Assembly (NCBI GenBank): GCA_964503805.1
Contig: CAZDBX010000001.1
Location: 7,456-71,455, forward strand
Length of the DNA: 64,000 bases
From: an uncultured Lentimicrobium sp.
Lineage (GTDB): Bacteria; Bacteroidota; Bacteroidia; Bacteroidales; Lentimicrobiaceae
Direction of reading: 5' to 3'
This document shows, piece by piece, positions 50,656 through 61,622 of the stretch; within the stretch, counting starts at the first letter, position 1, and each line of letters starts with the position of its first letter. Position numbers and translations under genes: made by a program. A model generated the notes under the pieces. It was given only the letters and a program-made list of their open reading frames with translations, made no database searches and was not told where the DNA came from.

Positions 50656-51657
50656 TTACATTCCTGCGCTCTGTGTGGCAGTGATGGCAACGAGGTTCAC
50701 AATATCGCTTACCGAACATCCTCTGGAAAGATCATTGATGGGGGCGGCCATTCCCTGGAGCACCGGACCAATGGCTTCGGCTCCGGCCAGGCGCTGCACA
50801 AGCTTGTAAGCAATGTTTCCTGTTTCAAGGCTGGGGAAAACCAATACATTGGCTTTGCCGGCGATCAGGCTGCCCGGTGCCTTGTGAATCCCGACCGATT
50901 CAACGATGGCTGCATCGGCCTGTAATTCCCCGTCGATCTGAAGCCAGGGCGCTTTTTCCTTTGCAATGCGTGTAGCTTCAATCACTTTGTCGCAAAGGGC
51001 GTGTTTGGCGCTTCCTTTTGTAGAGAAACTAAGCATGGCAACCCTTGGCTCCAGTCCGGCGATAGATTGCGCGGTACGCGCAGTGGAAATGGCAATTTCG
51101 GCCAGCTCTGAGGCAGTGGGATCAGGATGAACGGCACAATCGGCAAAAACGAGGATATTCTCCGGTACGTAAGGATTATCCTTGAAAATCATCAGGAATG
51201 CTCCAGAAACCACACTGATTCCGGGCATTGTTTTGACAATCTGAAATGCAGGGCGCAACACATTTCCCGTTGAATTCATCGCTCCGGCGACCTCCCCGTC
51301 AGCTTCTCCTGCTTTGATCAGAAGCGTGGCAAGATAGAGCGGATCTTCGGTAAGAACAAGTGCTTCTTCATAGGTAAGCCCCTTGCTTTTTCTGATTTCA
51401 TACAGCAATTCAGCATACTTTTCTTTATCCGGATTATTAAGGGGGTCAATAATCCGGGCGTTGGCTGTAAACTGCAAGCCCCACTCCTGACTTTTCCGTT
51501 CAATTTCGGTCTTGTTACCCAGTAGTATGATCCTGGCAAGCTTTTCTTTCAGAATGTAGTCCGCGGCCTTCAGTGTCCGCTCTTCGGTACCTTCGGGCAA
51601 AACAATGCACTTGCTGAGTTTCTGTGCATTCTCCCTTATGGTTTTCATTAAAGTCAT
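50656..51657 (-). CDS. pta: Phosphate acetyltransferase
   Basis: IVLPEG, FADCAV, AMLSFSTKGS, DGELQADAA, GNIAYK, DLSRGCS. Confidence 0.96.
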   Translation of the reverse strand: MTLMKTIRENAQKLSKCIVLPEGTEERTLKAADYILKEKLARIILLGNKTEIERKSQEWGLQFTANARIIDPLNNPDKEKYAELLYEIRKSKGLTYEEALVLTEDPLYLATLLIKAGEADGEVAGAMNSTGNVLRPAFQIVKTMPGISVVSGAFLMIFKDNPYVPENILVFADCAVHPDPTASELAEIAISTARTAQSIAGLEPRVAMLSFSTKGSAKHALCDKVIEATRIAKEKAPWLQIDGELQADAAIVESVGIHKAPGSLIAGKANVLVFPSLETGNIAYKLVQRLAGAEAIGPVLQGMAAPINDLSRGCSVSDIVNLVAITATQSAGM

Positions 51658-52029
51658 GGGTAAAAATCAGGTTAGTATGAATGTTAAAAGGTGAAAATCA
51701 GGCGGCAAATTTAGAACTTAATCAGGAGGGTTCCTAAGCAATTCCATCATAATTTATCATAAAATCAACTGAATATTCTGTTGCAATCTCCCGGAAACAG
51801 GGCAGGCCTGTTTAACCCGGATTCAGCATTTGCTGATGCCTGAATGGACAGGTATTTTTAATCAGCACAATAATCCTTACGCTGAACAAACACTGAACCC
51901 GGGTTACCTTCAAAAAATCAGTAGTTCAACCCAACCGGGCTTTAAGTTGACTAATCCGGTTTTAAAATAATGCTCCTGCAGTTCAGTATGCATAAAGTGG
52001 GAGAAATTTAGATTAATTTTGCACCCCGG

Positions 52030-52968
52030 ATGGCAGCTCAGAATTCTTACAACCAGCATCAGGGAAGCGTTACTCCCTTTTTGATTCAGCATGCCGATAC
52101 AGTTCCTGCGGCGGACACTGTGCGAAGCTATTTCAGTTACCTGGAAGATAGTCTGAATCCCCCCCTGGCAGATACCGTGTTCAGGTTCGAGCTCAGCGAG
52201 ATCATTCTCCCCGCGCCCGCCGCCGACAGTGCCGCCACCGGACCGGTCTATGATATGCCTCCTTTGTTAACGGTTCAACACCATCATGCCAAGCAAAAGG
52301 TCGAGCCCCTGGAGAGGACAGCGCAGGGATATGACTGGCTCACCATCCTCTTGCTGGTTTGTGTTGCAATCCTGGCCTGGATAAGGTTTTATAACACCAG
52401 GAGGCTGAGGCAGTTATTCCGGGCAGTTTACGCCCGGCACCATGTAAATCAGCTGGTGAGGGACGGCAACCTGAGCAGTGAGCGGATCACCTTCGGCCTC
52501 GGGCTGATTCTTGTTACCGGAGCGGGCACGTTGATATTGAAATTGTCAGGGGGCAACCTTAACGAAATGCTCGGGCTCAAAAGCTCATTCTTCACATTTA
52601 TGGTTATTGCTGCAGCCCTGAGTCTGCTTTGGATGCTTAAACTCCGGGTGATCAAAGGGCTTGGCAGCTTATTCAGGACCAGACAGGCAGCCGACGAATA
52701 CCTCCTGACAAATGTGTTGTTTAATATTGCTGCCGGCTTAATCGCATTTCCTATTATCATCGCATGGCACTTCAGTCAGCTTCAAGGGCTGCTGTATTTG
52801 ATTCTGGCTATTTTTCTTATCGCCGCAGCAATGAGGATGTTAAGAAATATTTCAATCGGGTTGTCGGTGCAATCGTTTTCGGTTGTGTATTTATTTTTGT
52901 ATCTTTGCACCCTCGAAATTTTACCGTTTCTGTTTGTGTATAAATTTTTCACAATACTAGACTGGTAA
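52030..52968 (+). CDS. DUF4271 domain membrane protein
   Basis: Multiple TM helices, C-terminal YLFLYLCTLEILP; usual position upstream of hemD in Bacteroidota. Confidence 0.75.
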   Translation: MAAQNSYNQHQGSVTPFLIQHADTVPAADTVRSYFSYLEDSLNPPLADTVFRFELSEIILPAPAADSAATGPVYDMPPLLTVQHHHAKQKVEPLERTAQGYDWLTILLLVCVAILAWIRFYNTRRLRQLFRAVYARHHVNQLVRDGNLSSERITFGLGLILVTGAGTLILKLSGGNLNEMLGLKSSFFTFMVIAAALSLLWMLKLRVIKGLGSLFRTRQAADEYLLTNVLFNIAAGLIAFPIIIAWHFSQLQGLLYLILAIFLIAAAMRMLRNISIGLSVQSFSVVYLFLYLCTLEILPFLFVYKFFTILDW

Positions 52969-53029
52969 GCAATTGCGATAAAAACCCCGGAAGAAGTTAT
53001 CCTAAGTAAAATTGTAAATTGCAGAAAAA

Positions 53030-53785
53030 TTGAAGATTAAACAAGTACTTATTTCGCAGCCAAAGCCTGCCGAAATTGAAAAGTCGCCTTATTACGAAGT
53101 GATAAAGAAGCACAACCTTTGTGTTGATTTTCACAAGTTTTTTAAAATTGAGGGACTGAGTTCCATTGATTTCAGAAAAGAGAACAAGATCAGGCTTGCC
53201 GATCACACAGCCGTAATCTTCACCAGCAAGCATGCGGTAGATCACTTTTTCCGCCTGGCAGCAGAACTGCGGGCAGAGATTCCCGAAACGATGAAATATT
53301 TCTGCTCGTCAGAATCAACGGCTTATTATTTACAGAGATACATTCAATACAGAAAGAGAAAAATCTTCTTCAGTAACAAGGAAGCATCCGACCTTGTTGA
53401 CATCATCAGGAAACACAAATCGGAAAAATACCTGCTCCCCTGTAACGAAGATCACAACAATGAGTTGTCGGATCTGCTTGACGTTCAGAAGATCGCCTAC
53501 TCCAAAGCCGTTATGTACCGGACAGTTTCGGAGGATATGACTTTTCTTGACCTAGACAAATACGATTTAATGGTATTTTTCAGTCCGGCCGGAATAAAAT
53601 CACTTTTTAAGAACTTTCCGGGCTTTACACAGGGTGAAAAAATCATCGGCGTTTTCGGACATACAACTGCTGAGGCTGCTAAAGAGGCCGGGCTGAATGT
53701 GATGATTGAAGCACCTACGGTCACAGCTCCCTCAATGGCAAAAGCCATTGAACAGTATTTAGCAGCCAACAACAAATCGAAGTAA
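53030..53785 (+). CDS. hemD: Uroporphyrinogen-III synthase
   Basis: KIKQVLISQPKP...SPY, FTSKHAVDHFF, YIQYRKRKIFF, MYRTV, FFSPAGI (Bacteroidota HemD type). Confidence 0.88.
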   Translation: MKIKQVLISQPKPAEIEKSPYYEVIKKHNLCVDFHKFFKIEGLSSIDFRKENKIRLADHTAVIFTSKHAVDHFFRLAAELRAEIPETMKYFCSSESTAYYLQRYIQYRKRKIFFSNKEASDLVDIIRKHKSEKYLLPCNEDHNNELSDLLDVQKIAYSKAVMYRTVSEDMTFLDLDKYDLMVFFSPAGIKSLFKNFPGFTQGEKIIGVFGHTTAEAAKEAGLNVMIEAPTVTAPSMAKAIEQYLAANNKSK

Positions 53786-53846
53786 GCAGAAGCTCCTGTT
53801 ACCCGGGGCCTTCCTTACTGCCATCATACATGCAATGGCCGTTGCT

Positions 53847-54230
53847 ATGCAAACATTTAAGAAAAACGAACGTTTATGCAGTGCAACAGAAATAGACAGG
53901 CTATTTCGTGAGGGCAAATCCCTATTCAGGCATCCACTCAAACTCATCTGGCTACCCGCAGCCTGGGAAGGGCCTCCGGTCGTTAAAGTAATCATCAGTG
54001 TCCCGAAACGCAACTTCAGGCATGCGGTATCCCGTAACCGGATCAGGCGCATAATCAGGGAGTGTTACCGGAAAAATAAATGGATATTGTCAGAGGGCCT
54101 GGGTGATCAGAAGTGCACACTCGGCCTGGTATTTGCAGGCAAAGAAATTCCTCAGTATATCAAACTGGAGCCGATAATAATTCAATTGTTTCAGCGTTTA
54201 ATTCAGGAATATGAAAAAGCTGCTGGTTAA
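53847..54230 (+). CDS. rnpA: Ribonuclease P protein component
   Basis: [34 protein letters not shown] (RNR motif). Confidence 0.92.
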   Translation: MQTFKKNERLCSATEIDRLFREGKSLFRHPLKLIWLPAAWEGPPVVKVIISVPKRNFRHAVSRNRIRRIIRECYRKNKWILSEGLGDQKCTLGLVFAGKEIPQYIKLEPIIIQLFQRLIQEYEKAAG

Positions 54231-54432
54231 CATAATGGTTGGGATGATCCGGTTGTACCAGGGGGCCATTTCGCCCTATCTTCCGCCATCGTGCCGTTAC
54301 ACGCCAACGTGCTCTCAATACGGAGTGGAAGCATTGCGTAAACACGGGCCGCTGAAAGGCGGCTGGCTGACGTTGAAAAGAATACTTTCATGCAATCCGT
54401 GGGGCGGAAGCGGCTATGATCCTGTCCCATGA
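54211..54432 (+). CDS. yidD: Membrane protein insertion efficiency factor YidD
   Basis: YQGAISP...[10 protein letters not shown]...[17 protein letters not shown]. Confidence 0.93.
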   Translation: MKKLLVNIMVGMIRLYQGAISPYLPPSCRYTPTCSQYGVEALRKHGPLKGGWLTLKRILSCNPWGGSGYDPVP

Positions 54433-56135
54433 AAAAGTTCTTTAACCCGATAAAGATGATACAGATTTACAAAGCACTGATCAGCATCACAATATCCCTG
54501 GCGCTGGCATTCACGGCACAGGCACAGATAACTTCTTCGAGCTTCGAGATATCGAAAAATCTTGACATTTTCGCAACCATGTATAAAGAGCTCAACAACA
54601 ACTATGTTGATGAACTTAATCATGGCGAACTGATCAAGACCGGGATAGATGCCATCCTGGAAAAACTTGATCCTTATACCGTTTTTATTTCGGAAGCAGA
54701 AATTGAAGATTTCAATTTCATGACCACCGGTCAGTATGGCGGCATCGGCGCCCTGATTCACAAACAGGGCGATTTCATCGTGATTTCGGAGCCATACGAA
54801 GGATCTCCGGCCATGAAGGCCGGACTGCTGCACGGTGACCGCATCCTTAAAGTAAACGATAAAGATACCAGGGGTAAGTCAGTGAGTGATGTCAGCAGTG
54901 TGCTCAAGGGACAGCCCGGCACGAAACTGAAGGTTCTTGTTGACCGCGACGGAGAAAAATCCCCGCTCGAAAAAGAGATTATCCGTGAAAACGTGTCCAT
55001 ACCCAATGTAACGCACTCAATGATGCTCAGCGATGGAACAGGATACATCAAGTTAAGCGGTTTTACCCAGAACTCCGGTAAAGAGTTTAAGGAAGCTTTT
55101 CTTAAACTGAAGGAGGGCGGGAACATGAAAGGGCTTATCATTGATCTGCGCGACAACGGAGGCGGGCTGATGAACGAAGCGGTAAACATTACCAATCTTT
55201 TTGTAAAAAAGGGAGAACTGGTAGTAAGTACAAAAGGTAAGTCACCCGACAGGAATAAGTCCTACAAGACTTTTATTCAGCCCGTTGACACCGAAATTCC
55301 GCTGGTAGTGCTGGTAAACGCATTCAGCGCTTCTGCCTCCGAGATCGTTGCCGGTGCACTTCAGGACCTCGACAGGGCTGTGATCATCGGAGAACGGACT
55401 TTCGGAAAAGGCCTGGTGCAGAATATTATCCCGCTGAGTTATAATACCCAGATGAAGGTAACGGTGGCAAAATATTATATCCCCAGCGGCCGTTGCATTC
55501 AGGCCATTGACTACGGCCACAAAGACAGCACAGGCCGCTCGGCCAAAATACCCGATTCGCTGATCAACACCTTTAAGACCAGGTCGGGAAGGCTGGTTTA
55601 TGACGGCGGTGGTATCATTCCCGATATTCTTACCGAACAACCGATGCTGAGCAATATTTCCATGAGCCTGATCAGCCGGTACCTGATTTTTGATTACGCC
55701 AATAAATTCAGGCGGGAGCATACCACCATCCTCCCGGCCGGTGATTTTACCATCACCGACGAAATCTACACCGATTTCGTCGGCTGGCTTCAGGATAAGG
55801 ACTACGATTATACTACCCGCAGTGAAAAAATGCTGAGTGAACTGAAAAAAACCGCAGAATCAGAAAAGTATTTCGATGAGCTGAAAAACGAGTTTGAAAT
55901 GCTGCAGTCGAAAATGATGCACAATAAGCAGGCAGACCTCAATAAGTTCAGGGATGAAATTAAATCTTTGCTGCGCAACGAAATTGTATCAAGGTATTAT
56001 GCCCAGAAAGGGCGGGTTGAAGCTGCAGTCACTGAAGACATGGAAATCAAAAAGGCTATTGAAGTGATTGGTAATCAGCAGGAATACAAAACCATCTTAA
56101 GCGGCACAGACATCACATCCAAATCCAAATCATAA
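54429..56135 (+). CDS. S41 family carboxyl-terminal protease
   Basis: LDPYT, YGGIG PDZ domain, [40 protein letters not shown]. Confidence 0.93.
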   Translation: MKKFFNPIKMIQIYKALISITISLALAFTAQAQITSSSFEISKNLDIFATMYKELNNNYVDELNHGELIKTGIDAILEKLDPYTVFISEAEIEDFNFMTTGQYGGIGALIHKQGDFIVISEPYEGSPAMKAGLLHGDRILKVNDKDTRGKSVSDVSSVLKGQPGTKLKVLVDRDGEKSPLEKEIIRENVSIPNVTHSMMLSDGTGYIKLSGFTQNSGKEFKEAFLKLKEGGNMKGLIIDLRDNGGGLMNEAVNITNLFVKKGELVVSTKGKSPDRNKSYKTFIQPVDTEIPLVVLVNAFSASASEIVAGALQDLDRAVIIGERTFGKGLVQNIIPLSYNTQMKVTVAKYYIPSGRCIQAIDYGHKDSTGRSAKIPDSLINTFKTRSGRLVYDGGGIIPDILTEQPMLSNISMSLISRYLIFDYANKFRREHTTILPAGDFTITDEIYTDFVGWLQDKDYDYTTRSEKMLSELKKTAESEKYFDELKNEFEMLQSKMMHNKQADLNKFRDEIKSLLRNEIVSRYYAQKGRVEAAVTEDMEIKKAIEVIGNQQEYKTILSGTDITSKSKS

Positions 56136-56154
56136 ATCGGAGAGCACCGGAAAA

Positions 56155-57828
56155 ATGGCTGGTTTATCAAAGATCACCATGAAGATCAACACCGATGCAT
56201 CATCGTTGATGTTCTATGCATTGGTGTTGCTTGCCATTTCCATCCCCCTTTCCGAATTCGGCATGAGTATTTCGCAGTTCATCCTCCTTGGAATCTGGGT
56301 ATTCCAGGGAAGCGGGACTCATGCGACAGGGGATTACGGTGATAAAGGAAAGATAAAGCGGATGCTGTTCAGCATCAGGAATACCTGGATGAGCCTATCG
56401 GGAAAGTTCAGGATGTTGTTCAACAATCCGGCTGCCATGGTTGTGGTATCACTGTATCTTCTTCATGTTGCCGGCACCCTTTACTCCTCTGACCTGAATT
56501 ACGCCCTGAAGGACCTCCGTATTAAACTTCCGCTGCTGAGCATACCGGTAATCCTTGCCACATCTCCCGGGCTTTCCGCTGAAAGGTTCAGGAAACTCAT
56601 GACTTTCTTTACGCTTGCCGTTTTTACAGGAACACTTGCTAGTACTTATGTGTTGCTGACAAAGAATGTGAGCGACCCAAGGGATCTGAGTATTTTTATT
56701 TCACATATCCGGTTCAGCCTTACCATTTGCTTTGCCATATTCATACTTATCTACTTCCTGATTCACAAAAAATACAACCATAAGCTATCAAAGTACATTA
56801 TCACGGCCGGAATTCTTTGGTTTCTGCTGTTTCTCTTTATCCTGGAATCGATCACAGGTATATTCATCACTGGATTACTGACGCTTATATTCCTGGGGTA
56901 TTATATTTTTACCGTGAGGGGACAACTCCTGAGGCTATCTGTGGCTGTTGCAGGTATCCTATTAACAGTTGCTTCCGTTTATTATTTCAGATCCTTTGTA
57001 AAGGATTTTACCAGCGCCAGCCCGGTTGATTTTTCCACTCTTGACAAGTACACCGAATTCGGCACCCCCTATATTCATGATACCTGTACGTATGGTATCG
57101 AGAACGGGCAATTTGTCGGGCTTTTCCTCTGCCCCACTGAATTGAGACATGAATGGAACAAGCGCAGCAAACTCAGTTATGACGGGGCTGATAAAAAAGG
57201 TCATGAATTGAATTACACCCTGATACGATTCCTGCACTCTAAAGGCTACCGGAAAGACGCACGGGGGGTCAGGAAACTCACCGATGCTGAAGTCAGGCAT
57301 ATAGAAAATGGGGTGGCCAACGCCGATTACCTGGAAAACTTTAACCTTAAATCACGATTTGAGCAGATCGCCATGGGTTATTCCAATTACATCAGGCATG
57401 GCGACCCTAATGCATCTTCGGTAATGCAGCGTTTTGAATACTGGAAAACTTCAATCCATATTGTAAAAAAGCATTGGCTTACAGGAGTCGGAACCGGTGA
57501 CCTTAACGATGCTTTTTTCAAAGCTTATAATGAAACCGGATCCAAACTTCAGGAGGATTACAGAAAGCGGTCGCACAATCAGTTTCTTGCAATTTTCATT
57601 GCTTTCGGCGTTTTCGGCCTTGCATGGTTTCTTTTTACCCTGATCTACCCCGCCATCAAACTTGGCAGATTCAGTGACTATTACTATGTGGTATTCTTTA
57701 TCATTATTTTCATGTCCATGCTCACGGAAGACACCCTGGAAACGCAGGCAGGAGCGACTTTTTTCGCCTTTTTCAACGCCCTGCTGCTATTCGGACGTCG
57801 CCGGAATAACGATGACCGGACTGACTGA
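56155..57828 (+). CDS. O-antigen ligase (Wzy_C/WaaL-like) family membrane protein
   Basis: Many TM helices; QRFEYW...WLTGVGTG and SHNQFL motifs. Confidence 0.75.
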   Translation: MAGLSKITMKINTDASSLMFYALVLLAISIPLSEFGMSISQFILLGIWVFQGSGTHATGDYGDKGKIKRMLFSIRNTWMSLSGKFRMLFNNPAAMVVVSLYLLHVAGTLYSSDLNYALKDLRIKLPLLSIPVILATSPGLSAERFRKLMTFFTLAVFTGTLASTYVLLTKNVSDPRDLSIFISHIRFSLTICFAIFILIYFLIHKKYNHKLSKYIITAGILWFLLFLFILESITGIFITGLLTLIFLGYYIFTVRGQLLRLSVAVAGILLTVASVYYFRSFVKDFTSASPVDFSTLDKYTEFGTPYIHDTCTYGIENGQFVGLFLCPTELRHEWNKRSKLSYDGADKKGHELNYTLIRFLHSKGYRKDARGVRKLTDAEVRHIENGVANADYLENFNLKSRFEQIAMGYSNYIRHGDPNASSVMQRFEYWKTSIHIVKKHWLTGVGTGDLNDAFFKAYNETGSKLQEDYRKRSHNQFLAIFIAFGVFGLAWFLFTLIYPAIKLGRFSDYYYVVFFIIIFMSMLTEDTLETQAGATFFAFFNALLLFGRRRNNDDRTD

Positions 57829-57890
57829 TTCTGTTATCGGATGTTAATAAAATAAAATACTTAAATTAGCGGCTGAAATGCCTCCCTGCT

Positions 57891-58385
57891 ATGGAAGAAA
57901 AGAATATTACCCTGCGCTTCAGATTATCAGATGATGCGGGTGATCTTGAAAATGCCGACAAAGTCCTGTTGGAAAAAGCACGGCAGTCAGCCCTGGATGC
58001 CTATGCGCCTTACTCAAGGTTCAGGGTGGGAGCGGCTATCCGGCTGGATAACGGCATGATCATCACGGGGAATAATCAGGAAAACGCGGCCTACCCATCG
58101 GGATTGTGCGCGGAGAGGGTTGCGCTTTTTGCCGCTTCTGCCCAGTATCCGGCATCTGTTATTGAAGCAATTGCCGTCACCATTGATACCGATAAGCATG
58201 AAATCATTCAACCGGTTTCCCCTTGCGGAGCCTGCCGGCAGGTACTGGCAGAGTATGAGCACAGGCAGGGTAAAGAGATCAGGGTAATATTTTCGGGCGA
58301 AACGGGCAAAACGGTCACTGTTGATGGCATGAACAATCTGCTTCCCATGACATTCACGGCCAACAACCTGAAAAAGAGCAAATAA
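57891..58385 (+). CDS. cdd: Cytidine deaminase
   Basis: AYAPYSRFRVGAA, NQENAAYPSGLCAER, SPCGACRQ. Confidence 0.93.
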   Translation: MEEKNITLRFRLSDDAGDLENADKVLLEKARQSALDAYAPYSRFRVGAAIRLDNGMIITGNNQENAAYPSGLCAERVALFAASAQYPASVIEAIAVTIDTDKHEIIQPVSPCGACRQVLAEYEHRQGKEIRVIFSGETGKTVTVDGMNNLLPMTFTANNLKKSK

Positions 58386-58526
58386 ACACTGCAGGTGCCC
58401 TGTGCGTGCTTTCATCGGAAAAATTCACAGACTTCCAAACAGGCTGGATTGCGATCATATCCGGCCAAACTTTTTGCCACCACGCCCTGTTATATAGATC
58501 ACAATTCTGAAATTAATCATGAAATC

Positions 58527-59393
58527 ATGAAAAGAACACTTTACATTCTGACCCTGTTTATTACGCTCTCCGCCATGCGAAGCGACCTCCCTGCCTATAA
58601 ATTATACAATGCAAAAGGAAAATCAGTAGAATTCGGCAAATTGGTAAAAGCAGCTTCAGATGTCGATATTGTGCTTTTCGGAGAACTTCACAACAATCCT
58701 GTTTGCCATTGGCTGCAACTTGAGCTGACCAGGGCCCTGTACGAAAAGCACGGGGATAAACTGATGCTGGGCGCTGAGATGTTCGAGGCAGACAATGCAT
58801 TGATCATCAATGAATACCTCTCAAAAAAGGTCAACGACAGAAATTTTGAGTCCGAAGCAAGATTGTGGCCAAATTACAAGACAGATTATAAGCCTTTATT
58901 GGTTTATGCAAGGGATAACGGAATTCCGTTTATCGCGACCAATATCCCGCGCCGCTATGCTTCTCTGGTAAACCGTGAAGGATTCGAAGGATTATCGGCA
59001 TTAAGCCTGGAAGCACTGCAATATATTGCCCCATTGCCACCGGCCTATGACCCTGAATTACCCGGCTATAAAGGAATGATTGAAATGATGGGCGGTGCCG
59101 GCGGGCACGTCAATGAGAACCTGCCCAAGGCCCAGGCAATCAAAGATGCCACCATGGCGCACTTTATCCTGAAGAATTTCTCAAAAGGAAAGCTGTTTGT
59201 GCACTTCCACGGAACTTATCATTCCGACAATTATGAAGGCATTATGTGGTACCTGAAAAATCAGAACCCGGACCTTAAAATTCTTACCATAAAAAGCGCG
59301 GAGCAGGCTTCGGTTGACAGCCTCGAAGAAGCAAACTCAGGAAAAGCGGATTTTACACTGGTGATCCCTGAAACAATGACCAAAACCCATTAA
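58527..59393 (+). CDS. ChaN/DUF399 family exported protein
   Basis: Signal peptide from ATG 58527; VLFGELHNNP..H, GAEMFE, ATNIPR, KDATMA, GTYHS. Confidence 0.8.
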   Translation: MKRTLYILTLFITLSAMRSDLPAYKLYNAKGKSVEFGKLVKAASDVDIVLFGELHNNPVCHWLQLELTRALYEKHGDKLMLGAEMFEADNALIINEYLSKKVNDRNFESEARLWPNYKTDYKPLLVYARDNGIPFIATNIPRRYASLVNREGFEGLSALSLEALQYIAPLPPAYDPELPGYKGMIEMMGGAGGHVNENLPKAQAIKDATMAHFILKNFSKGKLFVHFHGTYHSDNYEGIMWYLKNQNPDLKILTIKSAEQASVDSLEEANSGKADFTLVIPETMTKTH

Positions 59394-59396
59394 GTG

Positions 59397-59795
59397 TCAG
59401 GCCACAAAGGTATAATTAAGGTTAACCACAAAATTCCAGATGGTGACTACGCCTATGGCCAGGAGTTTGGCAAAATAAAAATTAAATTTTGCCTTTGACA
59501 CCAGGGCCCACAGCACCAATGTATTTATCAGCAGCCCTATCAGGGAAATCAGCAGAAACCGGCCGTATTCAACGGCAATTTCCGGGTTGTTGCTGTGAAA
59601 TGTCCAGATGCGGTTAAGGTAATAATTGCTGCTGGCTGCGATGGTAAAGCCAATCGCGTTGGAAACGTACTTCTGGATTTTAAGCCATTCTTTACAGATG
59701 TATGTAAATCCGAAATCGACGAAAACACCGGAAAAACCAACAGCACCGAATTTAACAAACTTGTACGCTACTTCTCTTGTAAAAATATCAACCAT
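59397..59795 (-). CDS. GtrA family protein
   Basis: KFVKFGAVGFSG, NYYLNRIWTF, WNFVVN; 4 TM helices. Confidence 0.88.
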   Translation of the reverse strand: MVDIFTREVAYKFVKFGAVGFSGVFVDFGFTYICKEWLKIQKYVSNAIGFTIAASSNYYLNRIWTFHSNNPEIAVEYGRFLLISLIGLLINTLVLWALVSKAKFNFYFAKLLAIGVVTIWNFVVNLNYTFVA

Positions 59796-59831
59796 AACAA
59801 GACAACTATTGCTTCAACCTTTCAATTTAGA

Positions 59832-61622
59832 TCACAGTTGTACGATCAGGATTTCGCGGCTTCCGTTTCTGATGACCTCAATATTCACCCTGTCACCGGG
59901 GTTCAGTTTACCCATACGGCCCATGTAATCATATACATTGGCCACCGGCAATCCGTTGATGGCCACGATGATGTCGCCCTTTACCATTCCTGAAAGTGCC
60001 GCGGGCCCGTCTTTCCTTACACCTTCCACCTTCATACCGCCACTGGTTTCGGCGCCCGAAACATCCGGCATAATGCCCAGGGTAACTTTCAGGTTGCGGC
60101 CATAATGTCCGGCCTGTTGGCGCGAACCGGATTCACTGAATACAGGTGCCGGGGTCAGCCTTGAGAGCTCCTTTATCAGGGAGGCGACAAAATCTGTCAC
60201 CTGCTGCTGTCCGGCAGCATTGATGCGTTCGGGAAGATCGAAAGGAGTATGATAATCAGCATGCGCTCCGGTAGAAACAAACAAAACAGGGATTCCTTCC
60301 CCGTAAAAAGCGGCATGATCCGAAGGCCCGTAGCCATCCGGTGAGCGCTTTACTCCGAACGGCCTGTTTGCGGAGACGATATCCAGCAGTGAATCAGCCA
60401 CTGTGAAAGTACCTGTTCCGGAAATGGTCACAACCGGGTCATCCTTCTTCAGCCGTCCAACCATATCCATATTGATCATGGCTTTTACAGATTTCAGGTC
60501 CACCGGCGATTCCGAAACAAAATGCCTGGCGCCAAGCAGTCCCATTTCTTCAGCACCAAAAGCCACAAATAAAATGCTCCGGCCAGGATTGACACCCGGT
60601 GCTCCAAACAGAGCGGCCAGTTCAATAAGGGAAGCCACGCCTGAAGCATTGTCATCGGCGCCTCCGTGCACCGCCGTGGTATCAATCATGCGTGAACCCG
60701 ATCCCGGGCCGCCCATACCCAGGTGATCGTAATGGGCACCAATGACGATAAACTCATCTTTCAACAGAGGATCACTCCCGGGGATCACAGCAATTACATT
60801 ACGGCTTGTCACCTTGCTGCGAATCACTTCCGTAGTTACGGAGACTTCAACGTTTCCGGCAAAATTGATGCTTTCACGTCCGGAAAGCATAGACTTCTCC
60901 AGGGAATCAACTGCGGAGCCGGGCAATCCCAGCAGAAAGGCTGCCAGATTGCGGGTGATGCTGACTACAGGAATTCCTGCATCTGAGACCGATTTATCGA
61001 ATGCGATATCAATGGTACGATCCGAACGTTCGATGGATGAAGGAGAAACCAGCAGCAGACCGGCTGCGCCACGGTCGCGGGCGCTCAGGGCTTTTGCCCT
61101 GTCGGTAGCAAGGGGAATAAAGGCGCTGTTTGGATTTTCAGGCTCCGGATCTCCCCGCAGGGCCATTACCCATTTATCGCGGACATTGATGCCGGAAAAA
61201 TCATCCCATTCCAACTCCCCGCTTGTTCCGGCAATCCCAAACCCGGCAAAAACCAGGGGTGCAGCAGCGCCGGCAGAAGCGGAAAAAGAAAACGGCTGAA
61301 AATCCTTTTCAGGCGTGAATATTCTGCCACCGGCCGCAAAGGCGTTTTTTTCACCGGCCTTTACATCAGCTACCAGGCTGAAATACTGGTATCCTTCATG
61401 CAGCATCAGCGTTGCACCGGCAGCCCTGAACTGTTCCCGGATATATGCTGCAGCCACAGAATCACCAGGGGTTCCGGCTTTACGTCCTGCAAGTTGCTCT
61501 GAGGCAAGGTATTCAATGTGTTTCAGAAGCCTGTCGGGCCGGCCGGCAGTTTCCTGTGCCGAAAGACGGAAAACGCCCAGCACAATAAAAACCGCAATAA
61601 ATCGGGAGGTTATGTATTTCAT
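59832..61622 (-). CDS. M28 family metallopeptidase with PA and PDZ domains
   Basis: GAHYDHLG, GADDNASG, AEEMGL, NMDMVG, SDH, YH; PA insert; C-terminal LGIMPD...GPA...GDII PDZ. Confidence 0.9.
   Translation of the reverse strand: MKYITSRFIAVFIVLGVFRLSAQETAGRPDRLLKHIEYLASEQLAGRKAGTPGDSVAAAYIREQFRAAGATLMLHEGYQYFSLVADVKAGEKNAFAAGGRIFTPEKDFQPFSFSASAGAAAPLVFAGFGIAGTSGELEWDDFSGINVRDKWVMALRGDPEPENPNSAFIPLATDRAKALSARDRGAAGLLLVSPSSIERSDRTIDIAFDKSVSDAGIPVVSITRNLAAFLLGLPGSAVDSLEKSMLSGRESINFAGNVEVSVTTEVIRSKVTSRNVIAVIPGSDPLLKDEFIVIGAHYDHLGMGGPGSGSRMIDTTAVHGGADDNASGVASLIELAALFGAPGVNPGRSILFVAFGAEEMGLLGARHFVSESPVDLKSVKAMINMDMVGRLKKDDPVVTISGTGTFTVADSLLDIVSANRPFGVKRSPDGYGPSDHAAFYGEGIPVLFVSTGAHADYHTPFDLPERINAAGQQQVTDFVASLIKELSRLTPAPVFSESGSRQQAGHYGRNLKVTLGIMPDVSGAETSGGMKVEGVRKDGPAALSGMVKGDIIVAINGLPVANVYDYMGRMGKLNPGDRVNIEVIRNGSREILIVQL

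Noticed and set aside
53030-56135. rnpA-yidD not linked to rpmH/yidC
   Set aside because: hemD-rnpA-yidD-S41 protease is an ordinary arrangement in Bacteroidota.
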